The notes: a model not told the origin generated them from the sequence alone. Positions 7,430 through 15,925 are shown, counted from the stretch's first letter. The stretch: DNA of 32,000 bases from Pyrodictium occultum (GCF_001462395.1 NZ_LNTB01000001.1:1350001-1382000), one strand, 5' to 3'. Translations and numbers: made by a program.

Positions 7430-8590
7430 CTACCGCTTAGCTTCTACTCCGCCTGCGCTACGGAAGAAAAGCAGTCTAGGCTTCTCACCAGGCTCGAGAG
7501 CGAGAAGAGGCTCGCCAATCATGAACACCCCAAGGCCTATGAGGAGCGCCGCAGCCACAGCCGCCGCGTCGGCCCCCGAGATGCTGTAGTGCTCGCCCCC
7601 GTAGAGGACGTTGTAGGGGTTCACCGGGGTGAATGTCTGGGCCTCTATCCTGGCCTCCTCGCCGTGTATTATGAAGCCGTACTTCCCGGCCACCACCCCA
7701 GCTATGAGGAGCAGGGAGCCCAGCACCAGGGCCCAGTAGCTCCTCCTCGCATAGGCCGCAGCCAGGACTATCAGCGCCGCTACCAGCAGGCCCGCCTCCA
7801 CCCATATGCTGGAGCCTGCCAGGCTGAAGTAGGCCTCAACACCGGGGTAGTAGCCCGCCTGGAGCCCCCTCCAGTACTCGAGGATCAGCTCGAGCAGCGC
7901 TCCGGCGAAGGCTATCCCGGCCAGCGGCCTGACGGCCTTCGCCGTGTCGGAGCCGGAGCCGTGGAGCTTAGCGCCTAGAGGGACCAGCAAGGCCGCAGCC
8001 GCGGCACCCCCTGCCACGCCGGCCACTAGGAAGCTGAGGGCAGGGTAGAGCCCCTGCCACGCCGGGACCCCGACAGCGAAGCCGAAGACGCTGCCAAGGT
8101 TGAGCTCGAGCAGCGCCGCTGTGAGGAGAGCCGCGCCCACCGCCACGCCGTTGGAGCAGACCCTGCTCTCCCTTATGCAGCCCACCAGCACTGTGAGCAG
8201 CGGTATCAGGAGGAGTATGTAGAACACCGGCATCCAGGCGACCCTGCTGGTCGGGTGCCAGCCCTCCACCAGCCAGACGGCGTGGTCCGGGCGGCCGAGG
8301 TCGAGGAACACTGTTATCCAGGCAGCTATCAGCAGGCCGAGCGCCGCCCAGTATGCGTGGCTCATCCACTTCTCGTCCAGCCTACCGGCGAGCCTCGCAA
8401 GGGAGACCGCCATCACTATCCCCGCTGCCAGGCCGGCGTAGGTGGTGTAGGCCACCATCATCACAGTGAACGGGTAGGGGCTGCGCTCCACTACGCAGCT
8501 CGGGCAGTAGCGCTGGAGGCCGGGCACAAGCGCGGCGAGGCCTACAAGCAGCACCACTATGCCTATCGCGAGTGCTATCCTGCTATCCAT
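7430..8590 (-). CDS. NrfD/PsrC-type integral membrane quinol-interacting anchor subunit
   Basis: The protein is hydrophobic and polytopic throughout. I place the start at ATG 8590 (MDSRIALAIG), preceded by GAGGTG. The track start TTG 8638 lies inside the promoter-like region. The stop is 4 nt before the alpha-subunit start. Confidence 0.8.
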   Translation of the reverse strand: MDSRIALAIGIVVLLVGLAALVPGLQRYCPSCVVERSPYPFTVMMVAYTTYAGLAAGIVMAVSLARLAGRLDEKWMSHAYWAALGLLIAAWITVFLDLGRPDHAVWLVEGWHPTSRVAWMPVFYILLLIPLLTVLVGCIRESRVCSNGVAVGAALLTAALLELNLGSVFGFAVGVPAWQGLYPALSFLVAGVAGGAAAAALLVPLGAKLHGSGSDTAKAVRPLAGIAFAGALLELILEYWRGLQAGYYPGVEAYFSLAGSSIWVEAGLLVAALIVLAAAYARRSYWALVLGSLLLIAGVVAGKYGFIIHGEEARIEAQTFTPVNPYNVLYGGEHYSISGADAAAVAAALLIGLGVFMIGEPLLALEPGEKPRLLFFRSAGGVEAKR

Positions 8591-8640
8591 ACACAATAGC
8601 ACCTCAATGTATTCCACGCCTTGGCCGTGACATTTCAACG

Positions 8641-8760
8641 CTTGATTGCTCTATTTATTTCTATCTCAATAAATTGCATAATAACGCATTAATATAATAT
8701 CATGATAAAATACTATAACGTGAATCATTAGAGTATAATGATATATATGATGGAAATGCT
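8641..8760 (-). promoter_or_regulatory. AT-rich island: promoter/operator region of the Mo/W oxidoreductase operon and termination zone of the upstream HExxH gene
   Basis: I count 28 G/C in 120 nt by hand, in a window that is otherwise about two-thirds G+C. On the minus strand AAATAAATAG lies about 65 nt upstream of ATG 8590. The region contains the palindrome TATCATGATA (8698..8707) and the inverted repeat TCATTA-n5-TAATGA (8725..8741). Confidence 0.5.
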
Positions 8761-8808
8761 GGGGGCCTGGTTGCCGGGCTGCAGCCCGGGGGCTGTGGAG
8801 CCCCGATG

Positions 8809-9582
8809 CTACGGTGTGAGCGTGCCGTCCGCCGCGAGGCGGGCCATCTCCTCTACCAGCCTGTCCACCTGGCCCCAGGGCCTCAGCCCTCTCCGCCACC
8901 CCTCGGCCATGCTCTGGAGTACGCCTAGGAGCGGGGCTAGGCTGCTGCAGCCCTGGGGGAGCGGGGGCTCGAGGCCCTCGGCTATCCAGGCGGTGGCGGC
9001 TCTGAGCACATCCCCGGCCAGTGTGAGCCGGGTGCAGGGGGCCTCGCGGGGGAGGCTGTGGAGCCAGTAGCTCCTCAGCGCCCCTAGGTCGCCGGCTAGC
9101 CCCCTCTCGGCCATCCAGAGGTGGACCTCCAGGTCCTTGACTACCGTTGCGGCGGCGTGGGCCACGAGGACGCCGCTGTGGGCGGGGAGCCCGCGGGGGA
9201 GGCGGACAATGTAGTAGCCCGGGCCCTGGTGTAGGATGCTGTGCACGGCCTCGTGGGCTAGCAGGGAGAGGCCGCCAGGCAGGCTGGCCAGCTCGCCCGG
9301 CACCGCATGTATCCTGGGTATGCCGGTCCAGGCCTCGTAGGCCACGGGGTAGGCCGCCGAGACCCCCGCGCCGGCCCGCAGAGCCTCGCCTTCAAGGGCC
9401 TCCGCCAGGGCCAGGATGCTCGGGTAGAGGTGCAGCTCCACGTAGTCGGGCTTCTCCCCCGGGCGGGCCCTCCGGTAGACCTCCCCGAGCTTGGAGAGCA
9501 TGCCGCCCAGGGGGGAGAGGGGCGTGGGCCCGTGCTCCAGGACAGCCACGGTCACGCCGGCTACATGCTTCACCCTGGCCAA
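8809..9582 (-). CDS. Hypothetical soluble protein with an HExxH motif (LLAHEAVHSILH); possible zincin-like metallopeptidase fold
   Basis: 257-aa ORF with good GC3 bias and no TM segment or signal peptide. It lies 23 nt downstream of the ABC-2 permease on the same strand. The TTG start at 9582 is uncertain; GTG 9573 and ATG 9501 are alternatives. Confidence 0.55.
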   Translation of the reverse strand: MARVKHVAGVTVAVLEHGPTPLSPLGGMLSKLGEVYRRARPGEKPDYVELHLYPSILALAEALEGEALRAGAGVSAAYPVAYEAWTGIPRIHAVPGELASLPGGLSLLAHEAVHSILHQGPGYYIVRLPRGLPAHSGVLVAHAAATVVKDLEVHLWMAERGLAGDLGALRSYWLHSLPREAPCTRLTLAGDVLRAATAWIAEGLEPPLPQGCSSLAPLLGVLQSMAEGWRRGLRPWGQVDRLVEEMARLAADGTLTP

Positions 9583-9605
9583 GGCCGCCGGGGCCCCGCG
9601 GGGTG

Positions 9606-10766
9606 CTACCTCCTCGCTCTTAGCCTGGAGAGCAGCCTCCTAAGCGTCTCCGGCCCGGTTACAGCAGTCTCGGACTCCAGCAGCCTGGCCAGCGCTAGGA
9701 GGGCTGCGGCGGCCTCGGCGAGCTGGGCGAGGGTCGCCAGGGCTGCCGGCCTCAGCCCGAGGATCGGGGAGAGCCCGGTGTAGATGGAGGCAGCGTATGG
9801 GGCCAGGGCGAAGAGGCTTGAGGAGGGCAGCCCCGCCAGGGTCGCGAGGAACGGGATCAGGGCGGGGAACGCGACCAGCGCGGCCGCCGACTGGGCGCCG
9901 CGCACCGTTGAGGCGAAGAGGCCCACCAGCATCGCCAGAGCCGTGGCCAGCAGGGACTCGGAGGCGAGGGAGAGGGTGTAGAGCCCGAGGCTCGCCGGCG
10001 TATAGTAGCTCGGCAGGCTGAGCCGGAGCCCCAGGGAGGAGAAGAGGATGAAGAGCCCCGCGAACGCCGAGCCCGCTGCGAGGAGGGCCACCACGAGCGC
10101 GGCAACGGCCTTGGAGAGGGCTATGCTCCTCCTGGGCACCGGGAGGGAGAGGAGCACGTCAAGCATGCGCTCCTCCCTCTCAGCCCCTATGAGCGCCGCG
10201 CCCAGCGAGGCGGCGGGGAAGAGTATGAAGAGCGAGGCGTAGCCCATGGTGACGCCCGTGTAGTAGACGCTGCTCAGCTCCTCGAAGCCCCAGAGCCGGC
10301 CGTTAAGCAGCACGTAGGCCCTGCTCGACACGTTGCCCCCGGGAGACATGGCGCGGGCCAGGACGCTGGTGAGGGAGCCGGGGAGGGCGAGGGTGCGGGC
10401 GAGCCTGGCGAGGTCCCCTCCAACGTATATCTCTAGGCGGAGCCGCCCGCCCGTAGCGTTGACCGCCACCGCCACGTCATAGCCCTCCTCTAGCACCTCT
10501 ACCGGGCTGCACTTGTCCACCACGTCCACGCTCACGTTGGCCGAGCGGAGGGAGGCCGCCAGAAGCCTGAGGACGAGGCCCCCACCGTGGCAGGAGAGGA
10601 GGGCCAGGCGGACCCCTCGGAGCCTGGCCGCCTCCTCAGCCTGGCGGGCGGCACCGCTGTAGAAGGGGGCGCTGAGCGCGTAGACAAGCACAGGCATAAC
10701 TATCATCATTACTACCATCGGCTCCCTTATAAGCGTTTTAAGCTCCTTTGCTATGAGGCTTCTCAA
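9606..10766 (-). CDS. ABC-2 family transporter permease (NatB-like, with a large extracytoplasmic loop after TM1)
   Basis: The N-terminus MRSLIAKELKTLIREPMVVMMIVMPVL is typical of ABC-2 permeases. One N-terminal TM, a ~150-aa loop and a C-terminal TM bundle are present. The TTG start overlaps the ATPase stop as TTGA. Confidence 0.8.
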   Translation of the reverse strand: MRSLIAKELKTLIREPMVVMMIVMPVLVYALSAPFYSGAARQAEEAARLRGVRLALLSCHGGGLVLRLLAASLRSANVSVDVVDKCSPVEVLEEGYDVAVAVNATGGRLRLEIYVGGDLARLARTLALPGSLTSVLARAMSPGGNVSSRAYVLLNGRLWGFEELSSVYYTGVTMGYASLFILFPAASLGAALIGAEREERMLDVLLSLPVPRRSIALSKAVAALVVALLAAGSAFAGLFILFSSLGLRLSLPSYYTPASLGLYTLSLASESLLATALAMLVGLFASTVRGAQSAAALVAFPALIPFLATLAGLPSSSLFALAPYAASIYTGLSPILGLRPAALATLAQLAEAAAALLALARLLESETAVTGPETLRRLLSRLRARR

Positions 10767-11518
10767 GCCGCGCCACGCTCCGCCACAGCGCTCATGTAGG
10801 CCTCCTCCAGGTTGCGGGCACCGTACCTGGCTATAAGCTCCCTCGGGGAGCCCATATCGATCACCCTCCCATTCTTCATGAAGGCGACCCGGTCGCAGAG
10901 GTACTCGACCTCGAAGAGGTTATGGCTGCTCATCAGCACCGTCACGCCGTGGGACCTAGCGTACCCCGCTATGACCCTGCGAAGCTCGTAGCCGGCCTCC
11001 ATGTCGAGGCCGGAGGTGGGCTCGTCGAGTATAGCCAGCCTAGGCTTCACCGCCAGCGCCCAGGCCACCTGGAGGCGGCGCTTCATACCCTTGCTGTACT
11101 CCTGCATCCTCCTCCCCAGCTGCCGGCGGCTGAGCCCGGTGAGCCTCACCGCCTCCTCCAGCGCCTCCTCCACCTCCCTCATCGAGGCGCCACGGGCGGA
11201 GAGGAAGGCCCCCACAACGAAGGAGAGGTACTCGAGCCCCGTGAGCCGGCGATAGCCCCCAACCTCCTCGGGGACATAGGCTAGCCTTCTACGGGCCTCC
11301 CCGGGCTCCCTTACCGCATCCACCCCGTCGAGGACCACCCTGCCCCTGGTGGGCTTGAGCAGCGTGGCCACTATGCGGAGGAGCGTCGTCTTCCCCGAGC
11401 CGTTGGGCCCGACGAGGCCGAAGACCTCGCCCTCCTCGAGGCTGAAGCTCACGCCGCGGAGGGCCTCCACCCCGCCGGGGTAGATCTTGACGAGCCCCTG
11501 GACCTCCAGCAGCGGCAT
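10763..11518 (-). CDS. ABC transporter ATP-binding protein (ABC-2/NatA-like)
   Basis: Walker A GPNGSGKTT, signature YSKGMKRRL, Walker B LAILDEPTSGLD and an H-loop SSHN are present. I start at ATG 11518 (MPLLEVQGLVKIY). The track ORF extends to ATG 11650, but that 44-codon extension has weaker third-position GC bias by my count. Confidence 0.85.
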   Translation of the reverse strand: MPLLEVQGLVKIYPGGVEALRGVSFSLEEGEVFGLVGPNGSGKTTLLRIVATLLKPTRGRVVLDGVDAVREPGEARRRLAYVPEEVGGYRRLTGLEYLSFVVGAFLSARGASMREVEEALEEAVRLTGLSRRQLGRRMQEYSKGMKRRLQVAWALAVKPRLAILDEPTSGLDMEAGYELRRVIAGYARSHGVTVLMSSHNLFEVEYLCDRVAFMKNGRVIDMGSPRELIARYGARNLEEAYMSAVAERGAA

Positions 11519-11656
11519 GCCTCCATGCCCGCCCCTGGTGGAGCGCCCAGTCCGGGGGCGGGGCTGGAGTTTAAGAAGAGGTACCCCAGGCGCGTCCATC
11601 GCTGCCTGGGCCCACGGTAAGCCGGCACGGCGACACGGAACTGTGGGCATAGATTA

Positions 11657-11679
11657 GGTAAAATAGCAGGTTTATATCT
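11657..11679. promoter_or_regulatory. Shared AT-rich TATA-like elements between the divergent ABC-ATPase and acs genes
   Basis: GGTAAAATAGC and TTTATATCT are the only AT-rich patches in the 222-bp divergent spacer. On the minus strand ATATAAA lies about 24 nt upstream of ATG 11650. Confidence 0.4.
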
Positions 11680-11740
11680 TAGCTCTGTACCTCTTCTTTA
11701 CGCTCCGCGCGCGTAGCGCCGCGACTGCAGGCTGGTAGCC

Positions 11741-13705
11741 ATGGAGCCCCGCGGGGATGCCTGGGAGCGCGAGCTTGTGGAGAGGCAGAAGGAGGTGGTT
11801 GAGGAGAGCCTCCGGGACCCGGAGGGCTTCTGGGCCCGGGTGGCCCGCGAACTCTACTGGGCCCGGCGCTGGGACACCACGCTCGACGACACTGATCCCC
11901 CGTTCTACCGCTGGTTCGTGGGAGGCGTCACCAACATAACCTACAACATTCTGGAGCGGAGCATCGAGAAGGGCTTGGGCAACAAGGCCGCGTTGATCTG
12001 GAGGAGCGGGGAGGGCGAGGAGAGGATAATCCGCTACAGCGACCTCCTGAGGGAGGTGAACCGCTACGCCTCCCTGCTCCGGGACATGGGTGTCCGGCGG
12101 GGCGACCGCGTGGTACTATACATGCCCATGGTGCCCGAGGCGATGTATACTATGCTCGCCGTGGCCAGGCTCGGGGCCGCCCACGTGGTCGTCTTCAGCG
12201 GGTTCGGGAGCAGGGCCCTTGCCGAGAGGATACGCGACTCCGGCGCCCGGGTTGTGGTGACCGCGGACGGGATGAGGAGGAGGGGGAGGCTCATACCCCT
12301 GAAGCCCGTGGTCGACGAGGCGGTGGCCGAGGCCGGCGGGGTGGTGGAGAAGGTCCTCGTCCACCGCGTGGCCGGCAACGAGGTCGAGATGAGGCCTGGC
12401 CGCGACTTCTGGGTCCACGAGGAGCTTGAGAAGTACCCCCGGAGGGTGGGCTTCAAGCCCGTAATGGTGAGGTCCGAGGAGCCGCTCTTCATACTATACA
12501 CCAGCGGCACCACGGGTAAGCCCAAGGGGATGCTACACCTCCACGGCCAGTACATGGTCTGGACCTACGCTCATACCCGGTGGCTCTTCGGCTTCCTGGA
12601 CAACGACGTGTTCTTCGTCCCAGTGGACATAGGCTGGATAAACGGCCACAGCTACGCCACCTACGGGCCGCTCCTCAACGGCTCCACCGTGGTCTGGTAC
12701 AGCGACGCCCCCGACCACCCGGGGCCCGGCGCCTGGTGGGACATAGTGGATTCCTACAGCGTCAACATGGCCTGGGTGGCGCCGACCGCTGTCAGGCTGC
12801 TCATCCGCTACGGGGAGAAGGTGCCCCGTAGCTATAGCCTCGAGACCCTCCGGCTCATAGTCAGCGCGGGGGAGATCCTCGGCCTCGAGCCCTGGCACTG
12901 GCTGGTCAACCACGTCTGCAGGAGCCGCCAGGGCTGCCACGTGGTGGAGACCTGGGGCCAGACGGAGAACAGCGGCTTCATCACCGCGCCGGGCGGCTAC
13001 GGGCTTGTAGGGGGCATAGCCTACCGCAGGGGGAGCGTCGGGCTCCCCTACCCCGGGATAGACCTCCGCGTCCTACGCGACGACGGCAGCGAGGCGGCGC
13101 CGGGGGAGAAGGGCTACATAGCTATCAAGGCGCCGGTGCCCCCGGCCTTCGCCTACGGTGTATGGAGCGACAGGGAGAGGTATGTGAGGACCTACTGGAG
13201 CAGGTTCCCCGGCTACTACTACACCGGCGACTACGGCTACGTAGACAGCGACGGCTACGTCTACATCCTCGGCAGGGCCGACGACGTGCTGAAGGTGGCT
13301 GGCCACCGGCTAGGCCCCGCAGAGGTCGAGAACACCGTGCTCGAGCACCCCGCCGTGGCGGAGGCCGCCGTGGTGGGCGTGCCGGACGAGCTTAGGGGCA
13401 CGGTCCTCGCCGTCTTCGTGGTCCCGAAGATGGATGTGGAGGTCGATCGGGCCAGGCTGGCGGGGGAGGTCAGGGAGATGATAAGGAGGAGGTACGGCCC
13501 CGTCGCCGTGGTCAAGGGGGTCTACGTGGTGGACAAGCTGCCGAAGACCAGGACCGGCAAGATCCTGCGCCGCGTGCTCCGCGCGGTGCTCACCGGCGCC
13601 CCGCTGGGCGACCTCAGCACTCTCGAGGACGAGGCAGGGGTGGAGGAGGTGAGGCGCGCGGTCGAGGAGTTCCGCAGAGCCATGGAGAGCGCGGCCAGGG
13701 GCTAA
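11741..13705 (+). CDS. acs: AMP-forming acetyl-CoA synthetase-like acyl-CoA ligase
   Basis: 654 aa. The N-terminal block is FW...W...PPFYRWFVGGVTNITYN. The AMP motif is YTSGTTGKPKG, followed by GDYGYVDSDGYVYILGRADDVLKVAGHRLG and a C-terminal PKTRTGKILRR. Confidence 0.9.
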   Translation: MEPRGDAWERELVERQKEVVEESLRDPEGFWARVARELYWARRWDTTLDDTDPPFYRWFVGGVTNITYNILERSIEKGLGNKAALIWRSGEGEERIIRYSDLLREVNRYASLLRDMGVRRGDRVVLYMPMVPEAMYTMLAVARLGAAHVVVFSGFGSRALAERIRDSGARVVVTADGMRRRGRLIPLKPVVDEAVAEAGGVVEKVLVHRVAGNEVEMRPGRDFWVHEELEKYPRRVGFKPVMVRSEEPLFILYTSGTTGKPKGMLHLHGQYMVWTYAHTRWLFGFLDNDVFFVPVDIGWINGHSYATYGPLLNGSTVVWYSDAPDHPGPGAWWDIVDSYSVNMAWVAPTAVRLLIRYGEKVPRSYSLETLRLIVSAGEILGLEPWHWLVNHVCRSRQGCHVVETWGQTENSGFITAPGGYGLVGGIAYRRGSVGLPYPGIDLRVLRDDGSEAAPGEKGYIAIKAPVPPAFAYGVWSDRERYVRTYWSRFPGYYYTGDYGYVDSDGYVYILGRADDVLKVAGHRLGPAEVENTVLEHPAVAEAAVVGVPDELRGTVLAVFVVPKMDVEVDRARLAGEVREMIRRRYGPVAVVKGVYVVDKLPKTRTGKILRRVLRAVLTGAPLGDLSTLEDEAGVEEVRRAVEEFRRAMESAARG

Positions 13706-13731
13706 GGCTGGATGGAGGGGGTGGCCTAGGG

Positions 13732-14556
13732 GTGCCGAGCCCCAAGCTCGTGGACCTGGACTACGCCGCGGAGCTGGTGGAGCCCGGCTCCAGCGTCACG
13801 GTGAGCGGTATAACGTTCGTGAGGAACCCCTCCGCCCTTGTGGCCGCGCTGGTGGAGCGCGGCGCCAGGGACCTCTGCTTCATAGACCGGGAGCCCGGGT
13901 TCGCGCTGGACGTTATGGCTGCGGCCGGCCTGCTCCGCTGCGTGAGGGCCGCTATGGCCAGCTTCGAGCTCTACGGGCTGGCCCCGACGGTGAGGAGGCT
14001 GGCCGAGAGGGGGGAGGTGGAGTACATCGAGGACACCTGCGGCGCGGTGATAGCCGGGCTCCGGGCGGGGGCCCAGGGCGTCCCCTTCATGCCCGCCCGG
14101 GGGATACTGGGAAGCCAGCTGCTCGAGCTGCATGAGAAGCGCTGGGGGACGTGGAGGAGGATAAGGGACCCCTGGACCGGCGAGGAGCTGGTGGCTGTAC
14201 GGGCGATAGAGCCGGACTACGCGCTGGTCCACGTCCACGTCAGCGACCCCTACGGGAACGCTGTGATAGAGGGCCCGAGGTTCGAGGACGAGCTGAAGAT
14301 ACGCGCCGCCCGCCACGTGATAATCTCGGCCGAGAGGATCGTGGAGCCGGAGGAGCTGAGAGGCTTCAGGCACACGCTCTCAGCTACAAGCCTCCACGTG
14401 GACGCGGTGGTCCACGCGCCCAGGGGCGCCTGGCCGACAGCGATGCCGGGGCTCTACCGGGCAGACTACGAGGCGATACGCGGCTACGTCGAGGCGGCGA
14501 GGCAGGGCAGGGCCATGGAGTGGGTGAAGGCCAACCTTTCCAGGATGAGGGGGTGA
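13732..14556 (+). CDS. CoA-transferase family I, subunit A (glutaconate/3-oxoacid CoA-transferase-like)
   Basis: 274 aa. The sequence KLVDLDYAAELVEPGSSVTVSGITFVRNPSALVAALVERGARDL is typical of the alpha subunit. GTG start preceded by GGAGGGGGTG. Confidence 0.8.
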   Translation: MPSPKLVDLDYAAELVEPGSSVTVSGITFVRNPSALVAALVERGARDLCFIDREPGFALDVMAAAGLLRCVRAAMASFELYGLAPTVRRLAERGEVEYIEDTCGAVIAGLRAGAQGVPFMPARGILGSQLLELHEKRWGTWRRIRDPWTGEELVAVRAIEPDYALVHVHVSDPYGNAVIEGPRFEDELKIRAARHVIISAERIVEPEELRGFRHTLSATSLHVDAVVHAPRGAWPTAMPGLYRADYEAIRGYVEAARQGRAMEWVKANLSRMRG

Positions 14557-14569
14557 GGGGTAGACGGCC

Positions 14570-15319
14570 GTGGCCAGCAGGCCCACAGACCACATGATAA
14601 AATGCATGGCCAGGCTGATAGAGGACGGGGACGTGGTGTACCACGGGCTCACCAGCCCCCTCCCCGTCCTAGCCATGGCTCTGGCCCGCCGCGTCTACGG
14701 CGTAGACTTCACATGGGCCAGCGTCGTGGAGCACCTAGAGCCAAGGGTGGAGGCGGTCAGGCTGGCCCCCAGCACCGGGGACCCCTACACCGAGCCGGAG
14801 CCCCTGGGGGTGCTCACAACCATAGACGCCTTCGACCTCGCCGCCAAGGGGAGGCTCACGACAATGTTCTTCGGCGCCGCCCAGGTCGACGAGGAGGGGA
14901 ACACAAACCTCACAGCCATAGGCGGCTACGACAAGCCCAGGGTGAAGCTGCCCGGAGGCGCCGCCACGGCCTACCTCTTCCCCCTAGTGCCGAAGCTCAT
15001 CATATGGGCGAGGCACGAGCCCAGGGTGCTGGTGCCCCGCGTCGACTTCGTCACCGGGCCGGGGAGGGTCAGGATAGAGAAGGGGTTCCGCCACCTGCTC
15101 TGCACGAACAAGGCCCTGATAGAGTACACGAGGGAGGGGCCGGTGCTCCGCATGCTCCTCCCAGGCGTGACGGTTGAGGAGGTGCTCTCCAACTCATCGA
15201 TGAGGATAAGGGTGCCCCGCGGAGGCGTGGAGACCCTGGACCCCCTGACGCCCGAGGAGGAGAAGGTGATAAGGGAGCACGACCCCGAGGGGCTCCGCTA
15301 CCTCCAGCGCATGGGCTAG
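14570..15319 (+). CDS. CoA-transferase family I, subunit B
   Basis: 249 aa and 13 nt downstream of subunit A. Beta-subunit-like blocks are MIKCMARLIEDGDVVYHGLTSPLP and MFFGAAQVDEEGNTNLTAIGGYD. Confidence 0.8.
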   Translation: MASRPTDHMIKCMARLIEDGDVVYHGLTSPLPVLAMALARRVYGVDFTWASVVEHLEPRVEAVRLAPSTGDPYTEPEPLGVLTTIDAFDLAAKGRLTTMFFGAAQVDEEGNTNLTAIGGYDKPRVKLPGGAATAYLFPLVPKLIIWARHEPRVLVPRVDFVTGPGRVRIEKGFRHLLCTNKALIEYTREGPVLRMLLPGVTVEEVLSNSSMRIRVPRGGVETLDPLTPEEEKVIREHDPEGLRYLQRMG

Positions 15320-15648
15320 CGGCTGGGCGGCTCCAGGAGGGGGCGGCCGCAGACCTCGCTGATATCGATGGAGCCGTCCGCCAGGCCGCGGCGGAGCCTC
15401 TCCACGAGCAGGAGCGGGCGCAGCAGCCGGGCGTAGGCTAGGAGCGGCGTGGCCGCGAGGAGGAGGGCGAGGATGGCGAGGGCCACGAGGGCCAGGCCGG
15501 GCAGCGGGAGGAGGGTTACAGCGGCGAGCACCAGCAGGGCAGCGAGGGTGGAGGACGCCAGAACGCCCAGCAGCCTGCCCCGGAGCCGGCGGTGGAGCCG
15601 CTCCAGCTTAGCCAGCGCGGCGCCACGGTCGCAGGGCAGGACCAGCAC
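15316..15648 (-). CDS. Hypothetical small membrane protein (two predicted TM helices)
   Basis: 110-aa ORF with a GTG start and high third-position GC. It has Arg-rich flanks around two Leu/Ala-rich hydrophobic spans. No recognisable family. In this GC-rich DNA it could be spurious. Confidence 0.4.
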   Translation of the reverse strand: MLVLPCDRGAALAKLERLHRRLRGRLLGVLASSTLAALLVLAAVTLLPLPGLALVALAILALLLAATPLLAYARLLRPLLLVERLRRGLADGSIDISEVCGRPLLEPPSR

Positions 15649-15925
15649 CTGGAGGCCCTAAGGATAAGGGCTCCTCCCAGGCTATCTCTCTTCCGCCCCT
15701 CCACCCAGCCCCAGGGCCCTGGGCGGGGGCGGGGTTGCAACCTAACGCCTTCCTGAAGCCTGTCCCCGCCCCTCCGGAGGTTTAGCGGAAATTTAGCCTC
15801 CCCTCTCCCCGGAGCCGCCTCTCGGGCTGGATGGGGAGTGTGCCCGGCTTCGCCGAGCCCTCCCCCGGGGGCTGCGTGGAGGGGGAGCGAATGCCGACCC
15901 CCTCTCCTCCCGGCCCGGGGGTTCT

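Noticed and set aside
8560-8780. The AT-rich island as a replication origin (a duplex-unwinding element). TGGAAATGCTGGGGG at about 8751..8765 resembles half of an origin recognition box with a G-string.
   Set aside because: I found only one such half-site, with no dyad TTCCA..TGGAA and no inverted partner on the other flank. No orc1/cdc6 or whiP gene is nearby. The island is fully explained as a promoter/terminator zone. It is worth a genome-wide check, but it is not supported here.
11519-11650. A 44-codon N-terminal extension of the ABC ATPase from ATG 11650.
   Set aside because: The extension has weaker coding bias and is unlike ABC ATPase N-termini. ATG 11518 gives the canonical MPLLEVQGL..YPGG start. 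The alternative is retained as a note because a TATA-like box sits at leaderless distance from 11650.
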